Of a stretch of DNA of 10,327 nt, positions 1-7,509 are shown piece after piece. The notes beneath the pieces were generated by a model, which saw only the letters and a program-made list of their open reading frames with translations, did no database searches and was not told the origin of the DNA. The translations under genes and the position numbers were made by a program. Each line of letters opens with the position of its first letter. The stretch's first letter is position 1. The stretch is from Candidatus Methylomirabilia bacterium (GTDB lineage Bacteria > Methylomirabilota > Methylomirabilia > Rokubacteriales > CSP1-6), in assembly GCA_041496385.1 (NCBI GenBank), contig JBGQEL010000141.1, positions 1 through 10,327 on the forward strand, written 5' to 3'.

Positions 1-522
1 GCGGCCGGCCGCGAACGCCGCGGTCGGGTTCTCCCCCACCACACGCACGCTCAACCCCCAGCGGGTCGAGAAGAGCACCCACCACACCAGCACGGCGACC
101 GGCACGACAAGATACGTCAGCGCGTCGTAGTGAAACAAGACCTCGCCCAGGCGCAGCTCGGTCAGCCCCTCGATGCGGCTGCCGATGTACGGCGCGCCCA
201 GGAGCGCGCTCAGCCCCACGCCGGCGAACATCAATGCGAGCCCGCTGGCGAGCTGGTTCGCCCTGCGCGTGATCACGAGGTACGCGAAGACCATGTTGAA
301 GAGCCCGCCGGCCAGGGCCCCCGCCAGGACGCCGAGCGCGGCGCTCCCGGTCAGCACGGTCGTCAGGAAGGCCGTCGCCGCGCCCATGAGCATGACGCCT
401 TCGAGCCCGAGGTTGACGATGCCCGCCCGCTCGCTGATCAGCTCGGCGAGGGTGCCGTAGAGAAGCGGCGTCCCGGAGGTGATCGCCCCGGTGAGGAGCC
501 CGCGCACGAGTGGCCAGGGCAT
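1..522 (-). CDS. ABC transporter permease, simple sugar/nucleoside type (NupC/YufQ-like, BPD_transp_2); partial, 3' end beyond left edge; not in ORF track
   Basis: Manual translation from ATG at 522-520 (TGATG overlap with the upstream permease stop): MPWPLVRGLLTGAITSGTPLLYGTLAELISERAGIVNLGLEGVMLMGA...RANQLASGLAL...STRWGLSVRVVGENPTAAFAAG. Open for 174 codons; family motifs ERAGxxNLGLEG, ANQ and TRWGLxxRxVGENP present. Confidence 0.93.
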   Translation of the reverse strand, partial: MPWPLVRGLLTGAITSGTPLLYGTLAELISERAGIVNLGLEGVMLMGAATAFLTTVLTGSAALGVLAGALAGGLFNMVFAYLVITRRANQLASGLALMFAGVGLSALLGAPYIGSRIEGLTELRLGEVLFHYDALTYLVVPVAVLVWWVLFSTRWGLSVRVVGENPTAAFAAGR

Positions 523-1544
523 CAGGGGCTCGCCTTCCGGCCGAGCACGACGAACAGGATGATGGCCATCAGGATGCTGACCACCGAGCCCGGAATGGCC
601 TGCGTCATCTGGAGAATGTCACCGCCCGCCGTGACGACGGCCAGGAGGAACGCCGCCGCCACCATCCCGGCCGGGCTTCCGCCGGCCATCCAGCTGATGA
701 GAAAGCCGGTGTAGCCGTACCCGGGCGAGAGGCTCGTCCGGAGCCGCCCCTGAATGGCCGAGACCTCGCTCATGCCGGCCAGTCCGGCGACGCCGCCGCC
801 GATGAACATGAGCCAGACCATGTACTTCGCCACAGGGATGCCGCTGCGGCGCGCGGCCTCGGGGTTGCCGCCGATGGCCCGCATCTCGAGCCCCCAGCGC
901 GTACGCGAGAGGACGAACGCGAAGAGGCTCACCGCGGCGAGCGCGAAGACGAGCCCCAGGTGCACCCGAGTTGTCGCGAACGACGGCAGCAGCGCGGCGT
1001 CGGCGAACTGGGCGGTCTGGGGATAGTTGACGCCCTCGGGATCTCGCCATGGCCCGAAGACGAAGAAGTTCACCAGGAGGATCGCCACGTAGTTCATGAG
1101 CAGCGTGGAGATGGTCTCGCTGACCCAGCCCTTGGCGCGCAGGAGGCCCGAGCCGGCGGCCCACACGCCGCCTCCGAGAAATCCGAGCGCGGTCATGAGC
1201 GGCAGCAGGAGCCACGCGGGCAGGCCGTCGAAGGTGAGCGCGCCCCACGTGGCGAAGAGGGCGCCGATGTGCAGCTGGCCTTCTCCTCCCACGTTGATGA
1301 GCCAGATGCTGCCCGGCACGGCCACGGCGACGGCCGTCAGCAGGAGCGGGATCATCTTCACCAGCGTCTCCGAGAAGCCGTAGGCGCTGGTGAGCGTGCC
1401 GGCGAAGATGTCGCGGTAGGCTCTGAGCGGGTTCTTGCGGAAGACCAGCAAGACGACGGCGAAGGCCGCCAGGGCGAGCGTCGCGAGCCCGACGAAGCGG
1501 ACCAGCGGCTCGAGCCTCTCGTCCGAGTCACGCGCTCCGCGCAT
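522..1544 (-). CDS. ABC transporter permease, simple sugar/nucleoside type (NupB/YufP-like)
   Basis: 340-aa hydrophobic ORF with INVGGEGQLHIGA, ETISTLLMNY, TRWGLEMRAIGGNPEAARRSGI and GYGYTG motifs; GGAGGG RBS before the ATG; 17-nt overlap with the ATPase gene. Confidence 0.95.
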   Translation of the reverse strand: MRGARDSDERLEPLVRFVGLATLALAAFAVVLLVFRKNPLRAYRDIFAGTLTSAYGFSETLVKMIPLLLTAVAVAVPGSIWLINVGGEGQLHIGALFATWGALTFDGLPAWLLLPLMTALGFLGGGVWAAGSGLLRAKGWVSETISTLLMNYVAILLVNFFVFGPWRDPEGVNYPQTAQFADAALLPSFATTRVHLGLVFALAAVSLFAFVLSRTRWGLEMRAIGGNPEAARRSGIPVAKYMVWLMFIGGGVAGLAGMSEVSAIQGRLRTSLSPGYGYTGFLISWMAGGSPAGMVAAAFLLAVVTAGGDILQMTQAIPGSVVSILMAIILFVVLGRKASP

Positions 1545-3069
1545 GGCCCTCCCCGGCGCCGGTCATCAGGTAGCCGACGTCTTCCATGGTTATCTCACCC
1601 GGCGCGCTCTCGGCCACGATGCGCCCCCGGAACAGCACCACGAGGCGGTCGCTGAGCGCGAACAGCTCGTCCAGGTCCTCCGAGATCAGGAGCACGCCCG
1701 CCCCCGCATCGCGCGACGCGGCGAGCAGCGCGCGCGCGGCCACGGCGCTCTGCACGTCGAGCCCGCGCGTGGGATAGAAGGCGATGATCAGCCTGGGCTC
1801 GGCCGCCATCTCCCGAGCCAGGACCAGGCGCTGCGCGTTGCCGCCGGAGAGGGCGCCCGCCGGCATCTCGAGCGACGGCAGCGTGAAGCCCAGGCGCGCG
1901 AGCGAGCGCTCGAGATCGTCGCGCGCCGCCTGCCAGTCGATCGACAGCCCACCGTGGCGCGCGTACTTTCGCGTGTCGCCGAGCGCCATGTTCTCCAGCA
2001 CTGTCAGCCACGGCACGGTGGCCAACGCCCGCGCATCCTCGGGGATGAACGCGACTCCATGGCGACGGATCCGGCCGACAGGCCAGTGGGTCGCGAGCTG
2101 ACCCGACAGGCTCTTGGTCCCGTGCACGCATGGCTCGAGGCCGAGGACCAGGTCGCCCAGCTCGCGCTGTCCGTTGCCCGAAACGCCGGCGACCCCGACG
2201 ATCTCGCCGGGCGACACGGTCAGATCGATCTCGGTGAGGCCGGTCGCCCGGCCCTGCGCGCGCGTGCTGGCCCGTCGCAGCTCGAGCAGGGGCGTACTTC
2301 CGGCGCGCGGCGCCTTGTCGGGGCGGCGGCGCGCGGATTCGGCCACCGCGTGGCCGAACATCAGCGAGACGAGCGCGGCCTCCGTCGCCTCGGCGCGAAG
2401 CAGCGAGCCGGTGACTTTCCCCCGGCGCATCACCGTGATCCGGTCAGCGCACGCCAGGACCTCCCCGAGCTTGTGCGCGATGAAGACGACGGCGTACCCG
2501 TCGTGCGTGAGGTGTCCGAAGACCCGGAAGAGTCCCTCTACCTCGTGAGGCGCCAGGCTCCGCGTGGGCTCGTCGAGGATGAGAATCTTCGCGTCAGCCA
2601 GGAGGAGCTTCAACACCTCGACCTTCTGCCGCTCGCCGACCGAGAGCTGCCAGACGGGCGCCATCGGATCGACGGCGAGCGCGTAGCGCTTCGACACCTC
2701 CTCGATACGCCTGATGATCTCCGCCTTGTGGGGAACGGGCGGCAGGCCGGGAAGAAAGAGGGCGATGTTCTCCGCGACGCTCAGCGCCGGGACTTGAACG
2801 AAGTCCTGGAAGACCATGCCGATGCGATATCGTCGCGCGTCGCTCGGCGAGCGAATCTCGACCGGCTCGCCGTTCACGCGGATCTCGCCCGAGTCGGCCC
2901 GGTGAAAGCCGTAGAGGATCTTCATGAGCGTGCTCTTCCCGGCGCCGTTCTCTCCGACGAGGGCGTGCACCTCGCCGCCGTGCAGGTCGAGGTCCACGTG
3001 GTCGTCGGCCAGCGTGCCGGGGAACGACTTGGTGATGCCACGCGCTGCGAGCAGCGGAACGACGCTCAA
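1528..3069 (-). CDS. ABC transporter ATP-binding protein with two ABC domains (NupA/YufO/MglA-like, CUT2 family)
   Basis: Domain 1: Walker A GENGAGKST, LSVGERQ, Walker B ILILDEPT, H-loop IAHKL. Domain 2: degenerate Walker A GVSGNGQRE, signature LSGGNAQ, PTRGLD, ISEDLDE. Start is either TTG at 3069 (preceded by GGGGGTG) or GTG at 3078. Confidence 0.95.
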   Translation of the reverse strand: MSVVPLLAARGITKSFPGTLADDHVDLDLHGGEVHALVGENGAGKSTLMKILYGFHRADSGEIRVNGEPVEIRSPSDARRYRIGMVFQDFVQVPALSVAENIALFLPGLPPVPHKAEIIRRIEEVSKRYALAVDPMAPVWQLSVGERQKVEVLKLLLADAKILILDEPTRSLAPHEVEGLFRVFGHLTHDGYAVVFIAHKLGEVLACADRITVMRRGKVTGSLLRAEATEAALVSLMFGHAVAESARRRPDKAPRAGSTPLLELRRASTRAQGRATGLTEIDLTVSPGEIVGVAGVSGNGQRELGDLVLGLEPCVHGTKSLSGQLATHWPVGRIRRHGVAFIPEDARALATVPWLTVLENMALGDTRKYARHGGLSIDWQAARDDLERSLARLGFTLPSLEMPAGALSGGNAQRLVLAREMAAEPRLIIAFYPTRGLDVQSAVAARALLAASRDAGAGVLLISEDLDELFALSDRLVVLFRGRIVAESAPGEITMEDVGYLMTGAGEGHARSA

Positions 3070-3071
3070 TC

Positions 3072-3101
3072 TTGACACCCCCCGCGGGCCCCGCCTATCA
3101 T
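3072..3101 (+). promoter_or_regulatory. Candidate sigma70-type promoter for the carbamate kinase operon
   Basis: TTGACA (3072-3077), 18-nt spacer, TATCAT (3096-3101): perfect -35 and 5/6 -10 in GC-rich DNA, located in the divergent intergenic region. Confidence 0.55.
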
Positions 3102-3167
3102 CGCACCCTCGTTGACACTCTCGATGCCAATCTCCTTCATTCGCAGCGCTCGTATGACGACCCGGCC

Positions 3168-4154
3168 GTGAGCGCGCCAGGCACGAGGATCGCGGTGGCG
3201 CTCGGCGGAAACGCCATCCTGCGCTCGAAGGAGCTGACGAGCTACGCGGCCCAGTTCGAGAACGTCCGACGAACGTGCCAGCAGATCGCCCAGCTGATCA
3301 GCGAAGGGTATCAGCCGATCCTGACCCACGGCAATGGCCCTCAGGTCGGAAACTTGCTCATCCAGAACGAGGCGGCGGCCCATCTGGTACCCGCGGTGCC
3401 GCTCGACGTCTGCGGCGCGGAGACGCAGGGGCAGATCGGCTACATGATCCAGCAGGCGCTGCGCAACGAGATGGCCGCCCGCGGTCTGTCGCGCCCGGTC
3501 GCGAGCCTCGTGACCCAGGTGCTCGTCGACGCCGACGACCCGGCGTTCGCGACGCCGACGAAGCCCGTCGGCCCGTTTCTCCCCGCGCACGTCGCCGAGC
3601 GGCGAACGCGCGAGAAGGGCGAGACCTGGTCGGGGATGGACCGCCGGGGCTGGCGCAAGCTCGTCCCCTCGCCGCAGCCCGTCGCCATCATCGAGGCGGA
3701 CACGATTCACGCGCTTCTCGACGCCGGCGCGGTCGTCATCGCGTGCGGCGGCGGCGGCGTCCCGGTGCGGCGCTCGCCAGGCGGCCACCTCGAGGGCGTC
3801 GAAGCCGTCGTGGACAAGGACCTCGCGGCGGCGCGCCTGGCGCTCGACGTGCGCGCCACGGCGCTCCTGATTCTCACCGACGTGCCCGGCGTGGCCATCG
3901 ACTTCGGCAAGCCGACGCAGCGCTTCCTGCGCCGCGTGACGATCACCGAGTTCGAGCGCCACCTGGTGCAGGAGCCGTTCTCCGCGGGCAGCATGGGGCC
4001 CAAGGTGCGCGCCGCCTACCGGTTCGTTCACGACGGCGGTGGCCCCGCGACGATCTGCGCGCTCGACGACGCGCTGGCCGGACTCCGCGGCGACGCGGGC
4101 ACCGTGGTGGTGCCGGACGAGGGCGAACAATTGCTGTTCGACCTGCGAGCATGA
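3168..4154 (+). CDS. arcC: Carbamate kinase (ArcC/AllK/YahI family)
   Basis: Motifs ALGGNA, THGNGPQVG, GAETQGQIGY, PTKPVGPF, VPSPQP, GGGGVPV, GVEAVVDKD, ILTDV, GSMGPKVRAA. Start moved from track TTG 3072 to in-frame GTG 3168, just before the conserved IAVALGGNA; no clear SD. Confidence 0.95.
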   Translation: MSAPGTRIAVALGGNAILRSKELTSYAAQFENVRRTCQQIAQLISEGYQPILTHGNGPQVGNLLIQNEAAAHLVPAVPLDVCGAETQGQIGYMIQQALRNEMAARGLSRPVASLVTQVLVDADDPAFATPTKPVGPFLPAHVAERRTREKGETWSGMDRRGWRKLVPSPQPVAIIEADTIHALLDAGAVVIACGGGGVPVRRSPGGHLEGVEAVVDKDLAAARLALDVRATALLILTDVPGVAIDFGKPTQRFLRRVTITEFERHLVQEPFSAGSMGPKVRAAYRFVHDGGGPATICALDDALAGLRGDAGTVVVPDEGEQLLFDLRA

Positions 4155-5416
4155 GCGCTGCAAGCGTGAGCGTGAACATCGGCGCCGCGAATCGCGAGGC
4201 GCTCGACCGCCTCTGCCGGGCCCGGCCCGCGTGGACGGCCGTGCGGCCCGCCGGCGAGGCGCTCGGGCTCACGGGACAGAGCCTGCTCCACGCCGGGCCG
4301 CCGATCGGTTGGGAGCGGATGTGCGGGCCCATGCGCGGCGCGGTCGTCGCCGCCGTCCTCTACGAAGGCTGGGCGACCGCGCCGGCCGACGCCGAGCGGC
4401 TGGCGGCCTCGGGCGAGATCGCCTTCGCCCCGTGCCATTCGCGCGGCGCCGTCGGGCCGATGGCGGGGATCATCTCTCCCGGCACGCCCCTGCTCGTCGT
4501 CGAGGACCCAATCAACAAGACCGCCGCGTATTCGTTCTTCGGCGACGGGCCGTGGGGACACCAGCTCAGGTTCGGCGCCCACGGCCCGGAGACGCTCGCC
4601 GGCCTTCGCTGGCTCCGCGACGTCGCGGCCCCGACCTTCCAGGCGGTGCTCGAGCGCGAGGGCCCGATCGATCTGGCGAGCCTCATGTCGCAGGCGCTCT
4701 CCATGGGCGACGAGATGCACATGCGAAACGCTGCCGCGACCGGCCTCCTGGCGCGGGCGCTCGCCGCGCCGCTCGCGGGCGCGGTGTCGAACCAGAAGGA
4801 CCTCCACGCGGTCCTCCGCTTCGTCACCAAGGACAACGACCAGTTCTTTCTCTCGTGGGCGATGTGCGCCGCAAAGGCCGCGGCGCGGTCGATCGAGGGG
4901 CTCGCGGGGTGCACCGTGGTCTCGACGATGGCGAGAAACGGCGTGGACTTCGGGATCCGCGTCGCCGGGCTCGGCGACCGGTGGTTCACCGGGCCGGCGA
5001 GCGTCGTGGCCGGCCTCTACTTCCCCGGCTTCGCCGCGGCGGACGCCAACCCGGACGTCGGCGACTCGGCGATCATGGAGACCTACGGCCTGGGCGGGAT
5101 GGCCATGGCCGCCTCGCCGGCCGTCCAGAAGATCGTCGGCGCGAAGTCGTTCGCCGACGCCGTCGCGACGTCCCGGAGCATGGCGGAGATCTGCGTGGGC
5201 GCGAATCCCCTGTTCCCGCTGGCCGCGCTCGACGGCACGGGAACGCCGACCGCGATCGACATCAGGAAGGTCGCGCGCACCGGGCTCGTGCCCCCGATCA
5301 ACACCGCCATCGCGCATCGCTCGGCGGCCAGGATGATCGGCGCCGGGATCTCGACGCCGCCGCTCCAGCCGTTCGTCGACGCGCTGGTGGCGTTCGGCGA
5401 GGCCTATCCCGCGTAG
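4151..5416 (+). CDS. DUF1116 family protein (YlbE/AllG/YahG-like; oxamate carbamoyltransferase subunit homolog), 421 aa
   Basis: C-terminal part of track ORF 3275..5416; ATG 4151 overlaps the carbamate kinase stop (ATGA). Motifs LLHAGPPI.WERMCGPMRGA, PCH...AVGPMAG, LRFGA, MGDEMH.RN, MARNG.DFGIR, DVGDSAI.ET.GLGG, INTAIAH. Confidence 0.9.
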   Translation: MSAASVSVNIGAANREALDRLCRARPAWTAVRPAGEALGLTGQSLLHAGPPIGWERMCGPMRGAVVAAVLYEGWATAPADAERLAASGEIAFAPCHSRGAVGPMAGIISPGTPLLVVEDPINKTAAYSFFGDGPWGHQLRFGAHGPETLAGLRWLRDVAAPTFQAVLEREGPIDLASLMSQALSMGDEMHMRNAAATGLLARALAAPLAGAVSNQKDLHAVLRFVTKDNDQFFLSWAMCAAKAAARSIEGLAGCTVVSTMARNGVDFGIRVAGLGDRWFTGPASVVAGLYFPGFAAADANPDVGDSAIMETYGLGGMAMAASPAVQKIVGAKSFADAVATSRSMAEICVGANPLFPLAALDGTGTPTAIDIRKVARTGLVPPINTAIAHRSAARMIGAGISTPPLQPFVDALVAFGEAYPA

Positions 5417-6975
5417 TGGCGCTTCGCGGCGTCGTCTGGCGCTCGACCTACCACGACTCGATGGTGCTGATGAGGATTGCCGAGGGGCTGCGCGCGCGCC
5501 CCGGAGTCCGCGAGGCGGCCGTCCTCATGGGCACGGCCGCCAACCACGCGCTGCTCGCCGCGGCCGGTCTCGCCACGCCCGACGTCGCCGACGCGACGCC
5601 GGGCGATCTCATCATCGCCGTCGACGCGGGAGACGCGCTGCAGGCGCAGGCCGCGCTCGACGCCGCCAAAGGCCTCTTCGACGAGCGCCGCCAGGCGCGC
5701 GAGGCGACGGGCCAGGCGCTCCCGCGCACGCTCGACTCGGCGCTGCGTCAGCTGCCCGACGCGAACCTCGCCGCTATCTCCATCCCGGGAGCCCACGCGG
5801 CGGTCGAAGCGCGCCGGGCGCTCAAGCAGGGGCTGCACGTCTTTCTCTTCAGCGACAACGTGCCGCTCGAGACCGAGGTCGAGCTCAAGCGCCTCGCGGT
5901 CGAGAAGCGGCTCCTCTGCATGGGCCCGGACTGCGGCACGGCCTATCTGAATGGCGTGGGGCTCGGCTTCGCCAACGTCGTGCCCCGCGGCCGGATCGGA
6001 TGCGTCGCGGCGTCCGGCACCGGCTTGCAGGCCGTGGCCTCGCACCTCGCCGCGCTGGGCGAAGGCATCTCGCACGGCATCGGCGTCGGCGGGCGCGACC
6101 TCTCGGCCGAGGTCGGCGGCCTCATGACGTTCCTCGCCCTCGACGCGCTGCGGGCCGATGCCGCCACCGAGGTGGTGGTGCTGATCTCGAAGCCGGTGGC
6201 CCCGAGCGTGATGCCGAGGCTCGACGCCGCCCTGCGCGCGCTCGGCAAGCCCGTCGTCGTCTGCTGCCTCGGCGCTTCGCCCGAGCCAGGGAGCGCGGGC
6301 ACGTGGGTCTCGACGCTCGAAGACGCGGCGCACGCCGCCGCGGCGCTGGCTTCGGGCCGCGTCTGGGCCGCGCGCGCCTTCAGCGACACGGAGGCCGTGC
6401 GTGTTCTCCTCGCGCGTCTGGCGGCTGAAGCCGGGCGCGGCGCCCGACGCGGCGAGGGCATCCTGGGTCTCTACACGGGCGGCACGCTCGCCCACGAGAC
6501 GACGCTGATTCTCGAGCCGCTCCTCGGCACGATCGCCGCCAACTTCGGCGGCCGCGGTCCCGGCGGCCCGCATAAGGTGCTCGACCTCGGCGCCGACGAG
6601 TTCACCGCCGGCCGGCCGCACCCGATGATCGACCCGTCCGGGCGCGCCGCGCGCGTGAGCGAGGCGGGCCGCTCGGCGAAGGTCAGCGTGTTGCTCCTCG
6701 ACCTCGTCCTCGGGCGCGCGGCGCACGACGACCCCGCTGCATCCCTCGCGGCCGCCATCCGCGATGCCCGTGACGTGGCCGCGCGCGACGGCCGGACGCT
6801 AACGGTCATTGCGTCGATCGTCGGTACCGAGCGCGATCCCCAGGGCCTGCGGGCCCAGACCGACGCACTCGAATCAGCGGGCGCGATCGTCCTGCCCTCG
6901 AACGCGCAAGCCGCGCGCTTCGCCGCGCTCGTGGCCAAGCCCGAGCTGGCGCCAGCTATGCTAGGTCAGCGATGA
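5416..6975 (+). CDS. fdrA: FdrA family protein (AllF/YahF-like; succinyl-CoA synthetase-related fold), 519 aa
   Basis: C-terminal part of track ORF 4039..6975; GTG 5416 overlaps the previous TAG (TAGTG). Motifs YHDSMVLM, MGTAAN, FSDNV, MGPDCGTA, ASGTGLQ, GGRDLS..VGG, GLYTGGTLA.E, DLGADEFTAGRPHPMID, GTERDPQ, SNAQA. Confidence 0.92.
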   Translation: MALRGVVWRSTYHDSMVLMRIAEGLRARPGVREAAVLMGTAANHALLAAAGLATPDVADATPGDLIIAVDAGDALQAQAALDAAKGLFDERRQAREATGQALPRTLDSALRQLPDANLAAISIPGAHAAVEARRALKQGLHVFLFSDNVPLETEVELKRLAVEKRLLCMGPDCGTAYLNGVGLGFANVVPRGRIGCVAASGTGLQAVASHLAALGEGISHGIGVGGRDLSAEVGGLMTFLALDALRADAATEVVVLISKPVAPSVMPRLDAALRALGKPVVVCCLGASPEPGSAGTWVSTLEDAAHAAAALASGRVWAARAFSDTEAVRVLLARLAAEAGRGARRGEGILGLYTGGTLAHETTLILEPLLGTIAANFGGRGPGGPHKVLDLGADEFTAGRPHPMIDPSGRAARVSEAGRSAKVSVLLLDLVLGRAAHDDPAASLAAAIRDARDVAARDGRTLTVIASIVGTERDPQGLRAQTDALESAGAIVLPSNAQAARFAALVAKPELAPAMLGQR

Positions 6976-7142
6976 GCCTCGAGACGGTTCTGGGGCAGCC
7001 CTTGCGCGTCATCAACCTCGGCCTCGAGATCTTCGCGACCGAGCTTCAGGCCGAGGGCGCGACCGTCGTGCACGTCGACTGGCGGCCGCCGGCGGGCGAC
7101 GCGGCGATCGCCGCGCTCCTCGCCCGCCTCGACGACGAGTAG
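6972..7142 (+). CDS. Small stand-alone FdrA-associated module, 56 aa (not in ORF track)
   Basis: ATG 6972 overlaps the fdrA stop (ATGA). Translation MSLETVLGQPLRVINLGLEIFATELQAEGATVVHVDWRPPAGDAAIAALLARLDDE*; GC-rich third positions; VINxGLxxF...VxxVDWxPP pattern as recalled for the E. coli FdrA C-terminus and YahG N-terminus. Confidence 0.88.
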   Translation: MSLETVLGQPLRVINLGLEIFATELQAEGATVVHVDWRPPAGDAAIAALLARLDDE

Positions 7143-7188
7143 AATCGTGGGTATCGAACGGGAGGTCGCCATCACCGGGTGCCGTCGG

Positions 7189-7482
7189 TCATCGCTCCCA
7201 GGGCGTCTTTGAAGCCAGCAAACGGCGCAGCTTGGGGTTGTCCGCGGGCGGCTTGTCCAGGGCGGCGGCAAAGCGCTTGTACGCCTTCTCATCCAGGAGA
7301 AAGAACCGCCGGTCGAGCAGCACGGCGCCCGCTTCGCGGCAAGCCACCTCGAGCATGAAATCGGATCGGTTCTTGCCGAGAGTCTGGGCCGCTCGGTCGA
7401 TCAGCGCCCGCTGTCGCTGATTGGCGCGCAGGTTGATCGAGACGTCTCGGAACTGTCGCTCCTTCGTTCGTGGGGCCTGCAC
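7189..7482 (-). CDS. DUF1778 family ribbon-helix-helix protein (TacA/AtaR-like antitoxin), 97 aa
   Basis: Last 97 codons of track ORF 7189..8256: INLRA...RALIDRAA..LGKNRSDFMLE.AC.EA..VLLDRRFF.LD...Y..F...LD.PP..NP.LRRLL....PWE. AAGGAG (7494-7489) lies 6 nt before GTG 7482. Confidence 0.9.
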   Translation of the reverse strand: MQAPRTKERQFRDVSINLRANQRQRALIDRAAQTLGKNRSDFMLEVACREAGAVLLDRRFFLLDEKAYKRFAAALDKPPADNPKLRRLLASKTPWER

Positions 7483-7509
7483 AGTGTTCTCCTTTGATGT
7501 CAACACAGT
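7481..7509. promoter_or_regulatory. Inverted repeats around the DUF1778 RBS; candidate operator
   Basis: ACAGTGTT (7481-7488)-N13-AACACAGT (7502-7509), 7/8 inverted match, plus the palindrome TTGA-tg-TCAA (7494-7503); AT-rich relative to flanks. Confidence 0.35.

Noticed and set aside
1528..2200. Degenerate Walker A/B in the second ABC domain as a sign of pseudogenisation
   Set aside because: Normal asymmetry of CUT2-family dual-domain ATPases.
130..3075. Long plus-strand ORFs (130..714, 510..1655, 1435..3075)
   Set aside because: Antisense shadows of the ABC genes, expected in high-GC DNA; no recognisable motifs.
4119..4154. Carbamate kinase tail EGEQLLFDLRA resembling a beta-clamp-binding motif
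   Set aside because: Imperfect short match with no functional rationale; more simply a tail running to the ATGA overlap.
3275..5415. Long N-terminal extensions of track ORFs 3275..5416 (713 aa) and 4039..6975 (978 aa), suggesting fusions
   Set aside because: Arg-rich off-frame reads of the upstream genes; family similarity begins at the overlapping starts 4151 and 5416.
7143..7190. Minus-strand GGTGATGGCGACCTCC resembling a fluoride riboswitch 5' end, or a terminator in the convergent gap
   Set aside because: Required pairing and downstream consensus absent, it is not in a 5' leader, and no strong stem with U-tract is seen.
6966..7292. Minus-strand 108-aa ORF as the missing toxin
   Set aside because: No acetyl-CoA-binding motif; overlaps DUF1778 out of frame and is antisense to the better-supported 56-aa gene.
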